Below, in pieces: positions 38,973 through 47,526 of a DNA stretch of 64,000 nt (the stretch's first letter is position 1; each line of letters opens with the position of its first letter). The position numbers were made by a program, and so were the translations under genes. The stretch is from a virus: positions 31,320 to 95,319 of IMG/VR virus record IMGVR_UViG_3300047160_009070. The stretch is one strand, 5' to 3'. Under the pieces are notes generated by a model. That model did not search any database and was not told the DNA's origin. It saw nothing but the letters and a program-made list of their open reading frames with translations.

Positions 38973-39403
38973 CCATCGAGCTCAAGCGTGGCGGTCTGCA
39001 GGACTTGGGTGATGAGGAGCTGGCGCTGATCGATCTTCGCCGGGTGAAGACGTTCCGTGACGAGCGCGGCACGATCACCGATCTGGTTGCCGTCCCCGGG
39101 TTCGCGGTGACGGAGATCGTGACGGTGAAGGGCGCTGTGCGCGGCAACCATTTTCACAAGAAGACGTGGCAGTCGACGTATCTGATCTCCGGCCGGCTGC
39201 TGGTCGTGACCGATCTCACGCCGCTGGGGAGAGAGCGTGTCCTCGAGCCGGGTGACCGGTATTCCGATCCTCCTGGGCAGCGGCATGCGTGGCAGGCGCT
39301 GGAGGACTCGGTGTGTGTGGTGTGGGCCCATGGGCCTCGTTCCGGCGAGGACTACGAGTCGGACACTTTCAGGCTTGAGGGTGACGAGAGGCTGATCCGG
39401 TGA
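38969..39403 (+). CDS. Cupin nucleotide-sugar epimerase/isomerase (RmlC/FdtA-like)
   Basis: FRDERG...RGNHFHK...YLISG...PPGQRHA. Confidence 0.75.
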   Translation: MTIELKRGGLQDLGDEELALIDLRRVKTFRDERGTITDLVAVPGFAVTEIVTVKGAVRGNHFHKKTWQSTYLISGRLLVVTDLTPLGRERVLEPGDRYSDPPGQRHAWQALEDSVCVVWAHGPRSGEDYESDTFRLEGDERLIR

Positions 39404-40035
39404 GGCTGCCGCGCTTCGGGAACGCCGGCGCCTATTTCCGGGATGAGCAGGAGATCCGCAGCGTGTGGTGGCTGGTGGAGCCTGGGGATGTGGTGATCGA
39501 TGTGGGCGCCGCGCTCGGGAGCTACACGTTCGACGCGATCGCGAAGGGCGCGCGTGTGGTGGTGGCTGTGGAGCCGGACCTCGACGCGCTGTCCCAGCTG
39601 GTTGGGCTGGCGGGCGAGAACGATGTGCTTGACCGGGTGGTGCCGGTGAACGAGGCTTTGTATGACGACGGGCCGTACCCGGCCGAGTTGACCGCGGCGA
39701 TCAAGGACTCGCCGCACGCGCATCTGGCGTTGGCGGACGACACGCGGTTCTCGACGCTGGACGAACTCGCGGTGCTGTACGGGATCGACCGGCTGGATTG
39801 GGTGAAGGTGGATGTGGAGGGAGCCGAGCTTGGTGTGCTGTGCGGCGGCCGCCGGACGCTTGAGAAGCATCCCGGTCTGCTTGTGGAGGACCACACGGCC
39901 GTCTACCCGCATTTGAACGACGGTGTTCAGGCTGCCGAGATGTGGGAGCTTCTGACCGGGTTCGACTACGAGATCGTGAAGGTGCCGTACACCGGCCCGA
40001 CTCGGTCCTACCGCGAGATGTGGGTGTGCCGGTGA
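39400..40035 (+). CDS. FkbM-family O-methyltransferase
   Basis: VIDVGAALG...VAVEP...TLDEL...VKVDVEGAEL.VL. Confidence 0.85.
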   Translation: MRLPRFGNAGAYFRDEQEIRSVWWLVEPGDVVIDVGAALGSYTFDAIAKGARVVVAVEPDLDALSQLVGLAGENDVLDRVVPVNEALYDDGPYPAELTAAIKDSPHAHLALADDTRFSTLDELAVLYGIDRLDWVKVDVEGAELGVLCGGRRTLEKHPGLLVEDHTAVYPHLNDGVQAAEMWELLTGFDYEIVKVPYTGPTRSYREMWVCR

Positions 40036-40667
40036 GCGACATGCGTCTGTGGGACATCTTGATCTGCTCGATCTGGCATCGGCAGGAACAACTCAAGCTT
40101 CTGCTCGACGAGTTGGACAGGCAGATCCAGCCTGATGTGGGGGTGTTGGTGTTTTGCGACAACCTCGAGACCCGGTACGGCCAGAAGTGCCAGACGCTGC
40201 TCGAGTCGTCGAGAGCCCACTACACCTGTTTCCTCGACGACGATGACTGGATCGCCGGCAACTATGTCTCGGCGATCATGCAGGCGCTGGAGCACCGCCC
40301 GGACTATGTGGGGTTCTGGGTGCGCTACACCGAGGACGGTGTGCTGCAACAGCCGGTCATCCATTCCTTGGACTGCCGGCGCTGGGAGACCTACCCGTAC
40401 CGGATCGAGCGTGACCTCGCGCATTTCAATCCGATCCGCCGGGAGCTTGCGCTCATGTCCCGCTGGGAGGGAGGGAACGGCGCGGACATGCGGTGGGCGA
40501 ACCGGTTGCGGCAGACGGGTGCGGTGCGCTCCCAGGTGTTCGTGGACGGCGAGCCGTTGTACCACTACCGGCACACGTCGCTGGACACGTTCACGAGAAG
40601 CTCGACCAGGGCGCCGTTGCGGGATATTCCCCCCCGTCTGGACTACGACTTTGTGGAGTGGCTGTGA
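40032..40667 (+). CDS. GT2-like glycosyltransferase
   Basis: DILICS...YTCFLDDDDW...GADMRW...LYHY. Confidence 0.8.
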   Translation: MSDMRLWDILICSIWHRQEQLKLLLDELDRQIQPDVGVLVFCDNLETRYGQKCQTLLESSRAHYTCFLDDDDWIAGNYVSAIMQALEHRPDYVGFWVRYTEDGVLQQPVIHSLDCRRWETYPYRIERDLAHFNPIRRELALMSRWEGGNGADMRWANRLRQTGAVRSQVFVDGEPLYHYRHTSLDTFTRSSTRAPLRDIPPRLDYDFVEWL

Positions 40668-40678
40668 AAGGAGACGCT

Positions 40679-41215
40679 ATGCGGAACTTGAAGGTGTGGG
40701 CGCTCGTCGCGCTGTTTCTGGCGGCGATCGTGATCGCGAACTTGACGTTGACGAACTTCGGCCCGGGGTGGATTCTCCCGAACGCGTTCTTTCTGATCGG
40801 CCTGGATTTCATCACCAGGGACCGGCTCGCCGATTTTTGGGGGACGACACGGTTCGCGAAGATGGCGGTGCTGATCGCCGCCGGCGGCGCCCTGTCCTAC
40901 TGGTTGAACGATGACGCCGCGAAGATCGCGGTCGCGTCGACGATCTCGTTCTGCGCGGCAGAGTTGGTGGAGGCGGTGAGCTATCACGTGCTGCGTCACC
41001 AGCAGTGGGAGGACCGTGCACCGAAGGCCGCGTTGACCGCGGCGATCGTCGACTCGATCCTGTTCCCGACGCTGGCGTTCGGGACGTTCGTGTTCACGGT
41101 GAGTTTCGGCCAGTTCTGCGCGAAGTTGGCGGGCGCCACGTTCTGGACGTGGGTGGTCGCCAGGGCGATGAGAGCTCCGTCGGTCGCGCCGACGGTGCCG
41201 GCAGAGGCGATGTAA
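40679..41215 (+). CDS. yhhQ: VUT/YhhQ-family queuosine-precursor (preQ0/preQ1) transporter
   Basis: AIVIAN...IGLDFITRD...IAVAS..SF..AELVE...VDSILF..LAFG...GQFCAK; multiple TM segments. Confidence 0.8.
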   Translation: MRNLKVWALVALFLAAIVIANLTLTNFGPGWILPNAFFLIGLDFITRDRLADFWGTTRFAKMAVLIAAGGALSYWLNDDAAKIAVASTISFCAAELVEAVSYHVLRHQQWEDRAPKAALTAAIVDSILFPTLAFGTFVFTVSFGQFCAKLAGATFWTWVVARAMRAPSVAPTVPAEAM

Positions 41216-41225
41216 GGAGGGTTTG

Positions 41226-41714
41226 ATGGCTACTGCAGACCAGCGGCAGCATGGTGTCGCTTTGATGGGCGGGATGTTCGCGCACCGCACCCAGTTCGGC
41301 TATGTGATGATGCGCCCGTTCGCGCTGGTGTACGAGCAGGCGATGTTCGACGCGTTCGCTGCGCACCCCGGCCAGGTCGTGATCGGCGCCTGGGACTGTT
41401 CGGCGTATTGCATCAATCTGGCGCGGATGGTTGGTATGAAGGACCCGTCCGGCAATCGTTACAGCGGGTGGGGCGACTCGGCGGAGATCCGTGCGAACAA
41501 CCCGTCGTTCACCGACCCGTCGAGGGCGCTGCCGATGGCGTTCTGCTCGTGGACGCATGGTGTCGGCCATGTCGCGCCTGTGTTCAGGGCGGACCGGACG
41601 AACCCGACGTTCATGAATCACGGCGGCGCCGGGTTGAACGAGGTGAGCTACGAGGATTTGAATGCTGCGTTCGGCGGCGAGCGGGGCTTGTTCTCGGCGG
41701 TGGCGCACCTTTGA
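41226..41714 (+). CDS. NlpC/P60-like cysteine peptidase
   Basis: WDCSAY...GHVA...H; strong RBS TAAGGAGG. Confidence 0.55.
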   Translation: MATADQRQHGVALMGGMFAHRTQFGYVMMRPFALVYEQAMFDAFAAHPGQVVIGAWDCSAYCINLARMVGMKDPSGNRYSGWGDSAEIRANNPSFTDPSRALPMAFCSWTHGVGHVAPVFRADRTNPTFMNHGGAGLNEVSYEDLNAAFGGERGLFSAVAHL

Positions 41715-42430
41715 TGCATTTCCACGGCACCCCGATCACTCCCCGGTCGAAGCTCCTCGAGTTGGTGGGCCGCAACTTCTGCGTCCCGTTCCCCGATCCG
41801 CGTGATGTGGAGTGCTGCCATGAGATCGGGCAGTCGGTGATGCTGGACAACGGTGCGTACACGTTCTGGCGCAACGGCGGCGGCGACGTCGACATTGACG
41901 CCTACGCCGGGTGGGTGTCGCCGTGGCTGGATTTCCATACGACCTGGTGCGTGATCCCGGACCGGATTGACGGCACCCCGGACGAGAACGACGAGCTGAT
42001 TAAGCTGTGGAGCGAGTTCGGTTTCCCGGCCGCCCAGTGCGCCCCTGTGTGGCATCTCCACGAGCCTCTGGACCGGCTGCACCGGCTGTGCGGGGGTTTC
42101 CCCCGGGTGTGCCTTGGGAGCTCGGGAGCGTTCGCGACGGTGGGCGACAGCCGCTGGCATGAGCGGATGACGACGGTGATGAACGAGTTGTGCGGTAACG
42201 GCCCTCCTCCGGTGTGGCTGCACATGCTCAGGGGCCTTCAGCTGTCCGGCAGCGAGTACCCGTTCGCGTCTGCCGACTCGAGTTCGATCGCCCAGAACCA
42301 TGCGGGCAACAACACGAGGATGACGCCGCGTAAGAGCCCGGTGGTGATGGCTGACGAGTTGGACGGGCGCCAGTGCGCCCCTCGCTGGTTTCAGACGGCT
42401 GAGCAGCTGTCGCTGCTGGAGGCGATGTGA
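41714..42430 (+). CDS. DpdA/TGT-fold deazaguanine transglycosylase-like protein
   Basis: MHFHGTPITP, VMLDNGAYTFW, VIPDRIDG, PVWH, VCLGSS, HML.G, FASADSSS (TGT-like D-x-G-x-[FY] and S-x-D-S motifs); two genes from yhhQ. Confidence 0.7.
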   Translation: MHFHGTPITPRSKLLELVGRNFCVPFPDPRDVECCHEIGQSVMLDNGAYTFWRNGGGDVDIDAYAGWVSPWLDFHTTWCVIPDRIDGTPDENDELIKLWSEFGFPAAQCAPVWHLHEPLDRLHRLCGGFPRVCLGSSGAFATVGDSRWHERMTTVMNELCGNGPPPVWLHMLRGLQLSGSEYPFASADSSSIAQNHAGNNTRMTPRKSPVVMADELDGRQCAPRWFQTAEQLSLLEAM

Positions 42431-43182
42431 GAGATCTCTTGGTCGTGCTTCCTACGCGCGGGCGTCCGGACAGTCTGCAACGCCTGATCACTGCGATGGA
42501 GGACACCTGCCGGGGCGATACCACCCTCCTTGTTGGTGTTGACATGGACGATCCGTGCCGGCAGCAGTACCGCCAGGTGATCGCTGCTGCTAGACCGACG
42601 GACTTCCGGCTTCAGCTGGCTGAGCACGGCGGTCTGCGTTTCGTGGTGGCGTGGATCAACCATCTTGCGGTGCCGCAGATGGACGCCTACCGCGCGATCG
42701 GCCATTTCGGGGACGACAACGTTCCGCGCACCGACGGCTGGGATGTGCGGATCATGGAGTCGCTCGAGCGCAACCATTTTTGTTTCGCGGACGATCTCTA
42801 TCCTGGTCGTGTGACCGGCACTTTGTGCTGCCACATCTTCATGCGGGCGAGCGTGGTGAAGGCGCTCGGCTACATGGGCCCCCCGTCGATCACTCACATG
42901 TATGTCGACCCGGTGTGGATGGCGTGGGGGCAGGCGACGTCGATCGAGTTTCTGCGGGATGTGGTGTTGGAGCACATGCACCATTCGGCGCTCAAGTCCC
43001 GCAACGACGCGACGTACCGTGCGTCGCTGGACCAGACGGGGCCTGATCTGCGGGCGTTCAACATCTACTGCCAGGACCCGAACGGCCTGAACGCCGACGT
43101 CGTCCGTATCCGGAGGGACGGCGTCCCGTTCACCCGCGAGGCTCTGGACGTGTTCCGTACCGACTTGAACATCCCGCACTGA
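42427..43182 (+). CDS. GT2-like glycosyltransferase
   Basis: LVVLPTRGRP...VDMDDP...GDDNVPRT.GWD...HMYVD...EHMH. Confidence 0.8.
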   Translation: MRDLLVVLPTRGRPDSLQRLITAMEDTCRGDTTLLVGVDMDDPCRQQYRQVIAAARPTDFRLQLAEHGGLRFVVAWINHLAVPQMDAYRAIGHFGDDNVPRTDGWDVRIMESLERNHFCFADDLYPGRVTGTLCCHIFMRASVVKALGYMGPPSITHMYVDPVWMAWGQATSIEFLRDVVLEHMHHSALKSRNDATYRASLDQTGPDLRAFNIYCQDPNGLNADVVRIRRDGVPFTREALDVFRTDLNIPH

Positions 43183-43868
43183 TGGCCACCGACCCGCCGA
43201 TCTTCGTCAACTGCCGGGACAGGGTGGATGATCTGCGTCGTCTGGTGGCGTGGCTTGAGCGCGCCGGCCATCAGCGGATCACGCTGATCGACAACGACTC
43301 CAGCTACCAGCCGCTGCTGGACTACTACCGGGACACGCCGCACGAGGTGTTCTATCTCGACACGAACCTCGGCAGCCGTGCTCTGTGGCTGTCCGGCACC
43401 CTGTCCAAGCGCCTGGGCGAGCATTACGTCTACACCGACCCGGATGTGGTGCCGATCGACGAGTGCCCGTATGACGCGATCACCAGGTTGCGCGAGGTGC
43501 TGGATTGCTATTCGCATCGCAAGGCGGGCCTCGGTCTGTATTTGACGGACGTGCCGCCGTTCCAGAGCATGCAGTGGGAGCGGAGTTTGGTGGCGGCGAA
43601 CCGTCTTGCCGGCAAGCTCGGCGATGTGCAGCTGTTCGACAGTCTGGTGGACACGACGCTGGCGTTGTACAAGCCGCTTCGCTACAACGAGCTGCGGAGC
43701 CTCCAGACGGGGGGCTCTGGTCTGCATGCGATCCGGACCGGCTATCCCATGCAGATGCGTCACATGCCGTGGTACAGGCTGGGGAGCCCTACGGCGGAGG
43801 AGCGGTTCTATCTCGCCAGGGCGTCAAGCGGTCCGCAGGCGTCGTCGTGGGCGGAGGGACGCCAGTAG
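43182..43868 (+). CDS. GT2-like glycosyltransferase
   Basis: IFVNCRDR...LIDNDSSY.PLL...NLG...YTDPDVV...DTTLALY. Confidence 0.75.
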   Translation: MATDPPIFVNCRDRVDDLRRLVAWLERAGHQRITLIDNDSSYQPLLDYYRDTPHEVFYLDTNLGSRALWLSGTLSKRLGEHYVYTDPDVVPIDECPYDAITRLREVLDCYSHRKAGLGLYLTDVPPFQSMQWERSLVAANRLAGKLGDVQLFDSLVDTTLALYKPLRYNELRSLQTGGSGLHAIRTGYPMQMRHMPWYRLGSPTAEERFYLARASSGPQASSWAEGRQ

Positions 43869-44270
43869 ATGTCGTATTTCAACGAGTGGGGTTTCAGCAT
43901 CCCGGCGATGGAGCCGGCGGTGAAAGCGGCGTTCTCGCACCGCCGCTACAACCCGGATTGTTGGCTTGCCGCCCACGGCCGGTGGGAGGATGGTGCCATG
44001 CCGAGTTGCAGCGGCCGTTTGGTGAAGGCGCATCTGATTCCGCAGCAGGTGCTGTTGCGGGAGCTCGCGTCGGAGGTGTCGGCACCGTTGGTGTGGGATG
44101 AGCGGGTGTGGGTGTGGGCGTGCGGCGGCGTGACCGGCATCGGCGGCCATCATGGTGCGTTTGACCAGGCGAGGCGTCTGCGGGTGCCGCGCTCAGCGGT
44201 TCCCCGCGAGCTCGAGTCGCTGCTGGAGGAACTCGGTTTGGGTTGGTGGCTGGAGCGCAGCTATGGATGA
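43869..44270 (+). CDS. Hypothetical protein (possible His/Cys nuclease fold)
   Basis: C...C...AHLIP...C...HH..FD. Confidence 0.45.
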   Translation: MSYFNEWGFSIPAMEPAVKAAFSHRRYNPDCWLAAHGRWEDGAMPSCSGRLVKAHLIPQQVLLRELASEVSAPLVWDERVWVWACGGVTGIGGHHGAFDQARRLRVPRSAVPRELESLLEELGLGWWLERSYG

Positions 44271-44414
44271 GCCGGTGCCGCATCCCTGGCCTTTGCCTGT
44301 GTGGCGTTTGTGCACGGTGTGCCAGGAGCCGTTGTACAGCGGCCAGCTGTACGTTCCGGGCGGGGAGCGCGCGCCTTGCCATGTGTGGTGCGCGGAGAAG
44401 CGCTATGTCAGGCG

Positions 44415-45752
44415 TTGACGGTGCTGGTCGGCTCTCTGTTCTCCGGGATCGGGCTTCTCGACTACGGGCTCCATGTCGCCGGGCATGAGCACGCCTGGTT
44501 CTGCGAACGGGACCCTTGGCGACGGTCAATCCTCGAGTGCAGATGGCCGGGCGTCCCCGTCTTCGACGACGTTCGAGCAGTTGGCGCTCATAACCTCCGA
44601 GCCGTCGACTGTGTCGCCGGCGGGTTCCCCTGTAAGGGAGCCAGCTCGGCCGGCAAGCGTGAGGGGTTCGGCCACCCCGAAACCGTTCTGTGGAGAGAGA
44701 TGGCCCGCGTCATTCGCGAGCTACGACCCCGGTTTGCGGTGGTGGAGAACGTCTCAGCCATCCTTCGACTTCATGACGGAGAGGTGTGGGGGGAGGTGGT
44801 CAGGGATCTGGCCGAGATCGGGTTCGATCTCGAGTGGGATTGTTTTCCAGCGGGAGCCTTCGGCGCCCCGCACGTCCGTGACCGGGTTCTCTGTGTTGCT
44901 GCCCACCCCGATGGCACGCGAACGTTCGGGGGCGCCGACGACCAGGGGGACGGGCGGACCGTTGCTGGAGGAGGCTTTGGCGTTGCTGCCGACCCCGTCC
45001 GCCGAGTTCACGAGCCTGCCGGACCGGGACACGTTCCTGGCAAGGAGGGAGCGGGAGCGCCTCAAGCACCAGCAGGACGGGGAGGGTGTGACGCACAACG
45101 GCAACGGGTTCGGCCTGACGCTGCCGATGGCGATCAGGCTTCTCCCTACGCCACTCGGCCGGGAGGGACGCCCGGACGGGAGCGGGTGCGCGAGGGGAGC
45201 AGCGAGCCTCGAGGCGGGCGGCGGGATCATGCTGTCCCAGGCGTTGAGGATGCTGCCGACCCCGACCGAGCAGGACCACAAGAACTACACGGCGCCGCCG
45301 TCCCAGATGGAGCGCAACTCGGACTCTTTGCCGGCGTTGGCGATCCGTCTGCTGCCGACCCCGGTGGAGGGGGATTCGCGCAACAGCCGCAACAGCACGG
45401 CGTACAGCGAGCAGCGGGAGTCGAGGAGGCCGGGGGATACGCTGTCGGACGTGGCGTCCCGGTGGAGTGGGGGGAGTACGAGCCCGCCATCCGAAGATGG
45501 GAGTCCGTCATGGGCGTTGCGCCTGTCCCCTTGGTTTACCGAATGGCTTATGGGAGCGCCTCCCGGCTGGAGCGATCCTACGTGCGTGTTGACCGCCGAA
45601 GACTTTCGGCGCTCGGCGACGGGGTGCTCGTCCAGCTGGGGGTGATGGTCGGCGGTCATCTGAACGAGCTCGCTCAGATGACGTCTCCCGGCACCGGGAC
45701 TTCTGCCGACAGCAGCGTCCGGTCGAGCCCGAGCGGCGGGCCTTGGCTGTAG
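44415..45752 (+). CDS. C5-cytosine DNA methyltransferase, alpha-type subunit (motifs I-VIII and X)
   Basis: TTG start 44415; SLFSGIG, GGFPCK, VENV, PHVRDRV, RLSALGDGV. Confidence 0.8.
   Translation: MTVLVGSLFSGIGLLDYGLHVAGHEHAWFCERDPWRRSILECRWPGVPVFDDVRAVGAHNLRAVDCVAGGFPCKGASSAGKREGFGHPETVLWREMARVIRELRPRFAVVENVSAILRLHDGEVWGEVVRDLAEIGFDLEWDCFPAGAFGAPHVRDRVLCVAAHPDGTRTFGGADDQGDGRTVAGGGFGVAADPVRRVHEPAGPGHVPGKEGAGAPQAPAGRGGCDAQRQRVRPDAADGDQASPYATRPGGTPGRERVREGSSEPRGGRRDHAVPGVEDAADPDRAGPQELHGAAVPDGAQLGLFAGVGDPSAADPGGGGFAQQPQQHGVQRAAGVEEAGGYAVGRGVPVEWGEYEPAIRRWESVMGVAPVPLVYRMAYGSASRLERSYVRVDRRRLSALGDGVLVQLGVMVGGHLNELAQMTSPGTGTSADSSVRSSPSGGPWL
44473..45645 (+). CDS. Nested alternative-frame C5-MTase beta-type subunit with 5 (L/M)LPTP repeats
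   Basis: 390-aa ORF fully inside the alpha ORF; WRTSQ, WPRSG, 5x LPTP, LSPWFTEWLMGAPPGW (motif-IX-like). Confidence 0.7.
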   Translation: MSPGMSTPGSANGTLGDGQSSSADGRASPSSTTFEQLALITSEPSTVSPAGSPVREPARPASVRGSATPKPFCGERWPASFASYDPGLRWWRTSQPSFDFMTERCGGRWSGIWPRSGSISSGIVFQREPSAPRTSVTGFSVLLPTPMARERSGAPTTRGTGGPLLEEALALLPTPSAEFTSLPDRDTFLARRERERLKHQQDGEGVTHNGNGFGLTLPMAIRLLPTPLGREGRPDGSGCARGAASLEAGGGIMLSQALRMLPTPTEQDHKNYTAPPSQMERNSDSLPALAIRLLPTPVEGDSRNSRNSTAYSEQRESRRPGDTLSDVASRWSGGSTSPPSEDGSPSWALRLSPWFTEWLMGAPPGWSDPTCVLTAEDFRRSATGCSSSWG

Positions 45753-45871
45753 CCCGACAGCGACGAGTACAGCTTGTGCAGCCTCGCCTCATATTCGCTG
45801 GGCGGGGTGTCGCCGATGTAGGCGATCGACTGCCAGTGGCTGATCAGGTCAAGGAGCGTGAACTCGCCCAT
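45674..45871 (-). CDS. Hypothetical protein
   Basis: Third gene of a coupled minus-strand cassette. Confidence 0.45.
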   Translation of the reverse strand: MGEFTLLDLISHWQSIAYIGDTPPSEYEARLHKLYSSLSGYSQGPPLGLDRTLLSAEVPVPGDVI

Positions 45872-46290
45872 CAGCCGAGCTGCTCGAGCTTGTCGTGGAG
45901 CGCCTCGAACCGTTCCCCGACCGCGTCTTGGTGGTCCTGCAGCTGTGTGTGCAGATCGGCGATGCTCTGGGCGATCTTCTCCTGGCGTTCCTGCACTTTG
46001 TTGTGGCGGGCGTGGAGCTCGTCGAAGCGCTGGTGCACCGCCTCGAGCTTGCGGTCCGCGAACTGTTCTGTGGCACGCTCAAGCCGCCGGCGGATCGGCG
46101 GGTACACCAGCACCCCGAGTATCAGCACCGATCCCCACACGATCACGCTCGCGACGATGTTCGGTCCGACGGGACTTCGGTCGATCGGCCAGAAGTCGGT
46201 GCCGAGCCGGCTGCGGAACACCACGATCGCCAGGGCGAACCCGGCCAGCACAGCGAGCGCCAACAGCACCCGCCAGCGGTCGGTGCTCAC
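45871..46290 (-). CDS. Membrane protein (2 TM + coiled coil)
   Basis: Two hydrophobic helices followed by heptad repeats. Confidence 0.65.
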   Translation of the reverse strand: MSTDRWRVLLALAVLAGFALAIVVFRSRLGTDFWPIDRSPVGPNIVASVIVWGSVLILGVLVYPPIRRRLERATEQFADRKLEAVHQRFDELHARHNKVQERQEKIAQSIADLHTQLQDHQDAVGERFEALHDKLEQLG

Positions 46291-46721
46291 TCGCCTGTAC
46301 TCTCGCCGCTCTCGGACGGTCCTTCGTCCGGGTCGCCCGGCTCTTTGTGGCTGTGGTGGCGAAGGTTCCGGAGCTCGGCGCGCTGGTTTTTGAACTCGAC
46401 CGGGTCGGACGGGTGCTCCTCGAGATGCTCACCGAGGCGGGCCATGTGGTCCTGCGCCGATTCGATGTGGTGGATGGCGTGGTCGCTGTTGAACCCGATC
46501 GAGTCCTCGTCGGCGTCGTCGTCCACCAGACGCCTGGCGTGCTGCAGCGCATGCGCGATGTGATGCATCCCGGCGTCATGCAGGTGCGCGGGCGTGATTC
46601 GCTGGTCGCGTTCGTTCGCCCGGTCGTCGTTGGCCATGTCCGGGTTGTCCCGGAGCTTGATCAGCGCTTCACCCAGCTGGCGGAGATGTTCGGGCACGCG
46701 GGTAGCGTAGCGCCCGGACAT
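46287..46721 (-). CDS. His-rich helical hypothetical protein
   Basis: HLHDAGMHHIAHALQH...HAIHHIESAQDH; coupled to the next gene. Confidence 0.6.
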   Translation of the reverse strand: MSGRYATRVPEHLRQLGEALIKLRDNPDMANDDRANERDQRITPAHLHDAGMHHIAHALQHARRLVDDDADEDSIGFNSDHAIHHIESAQDHMARLGEHLEEHPSDPVEFKNQRAELRNLRHHSHKEPGDPDEGPSESGESTGE

Positions 46722-46738
46722 GTCGCTACCCTGCGGGT

Positions 46739-47266
46739 GTGTCCTCCCAGCCGGACATCCTCGAGCTGGTCCAGGCGTTCGGGACCGCTGTGGGCCAGGC
46801 GATCGCGGCGGCTGTCACCGACGTTCGTCTGCATGTGGTGTTCGAGCAGCCGCTCGAGGTGCACGTCCGCTATCCGCGTCCCGCGGCCGGCATGTTCATC
46901 GCAATAAAGGAGAAGCAGATGCCCCATACCATCACTGTCGACACGACGAACGAGACGGCTACCGTCGCGTTCACAGACGATCACGGCAACGCGACCAGCC
47001 CGCCTGCAGGGTTCGGGTCGATCGCTTTTGAGAGCTCGGACCCGTCGGTGCTGACGGTCGCAGCGGACCCGACGAACCCGCTGGTCGGGAACCTCACGCC
47101 GACCGGCACCCCCGGCACCGGCGTCACGATCACAGCCCCTGCCGTGGACGCGAGCGGTGTGCAGCTGATGGAGGCGGACGGTGTGACGCCGTTCTCAGCC
47201 ACCAGCGAAGCTCTGGATGTCACGCCAGGCGCTCCTGCAGGCGAGCAGATCACTCTCGCTCCCTGA
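46739..47266 (+). CDS. Ig-like/Thr-rich protein (alternative start ATG 46919 with strong RBS)
   Basis: FESSDPSVLTV (Ig group 2-like); AAAGGAG before 46919. Confidence 0.6.
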   Translation: MSSQPDILELVQAFGTAVGQAIAAAVTDVRLHVVFEQPLEVHVRYPRPAAGMFIAIKEKQMPHTITVDTTNETATVAFTDDHGNATSPPAGFGSIAFESSDPSVLTVAADPTNPLVGNLTPTGTPGTGVTITAPAVDASGVQLMEADGVTPFSATSEALDVTPGAPAGEQITLAP

Positions 47267-47457
47267 CGGGCCGTCCTGTTGCTGCTGCCGCGGCCGTCGC
47301 CTGTTTGGTGGCGGCCGCTTTGGCGTTGGGCTGGGTGCTGGGGCATAACCGGTGGCGTGTCGAGGTGCATGTCCGGACGGCGACGACGACGGTGACTTCG
47401 ACCACCACGGTGACGACTCCGGCGTTGACGGTGCCGCCGGCGAGCACCACCCCCTGA
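47263..47457 (+). CDS. Small TM + Thr-rich protein (64 codons, CTG or TTG start)
   Basis: LTGRPVAAAAAVACLVAAALALGWVLG...TATTTVTSTTTVTTP; CTGA overlap with the upstream stop. Confidence 0.45.
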   Translation: MTGRPVAAAAAVACLVAAALALGWVLGHNRWRVEVHVRTATTTVTSTTTVTTPALTVPPASTTP

Positions 47458-47491
47458 AACGAAAAGGCCGCAAATAGCGTGAACGCCCCGG

Positions 47492-47520
47492 TGGACATGG
47501 CCCGCCGAGGCGTCTACGCT
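47492..47520 (+). promoter_or_regulatory. Promoter TGGACA-N17-TACGCT
   Basis: Near-consensus hexamers with a 17-nt spacer. Confidence 0.65.
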
Positions 47521-47526
47521 GCTTCT

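Noticed and set aside
41706-41716. Second CTT-TGA site
   Set aside because: It is followed by T, not C, and is an ordinary TGATG coupling; the +1 frame is not the DpdA frame.
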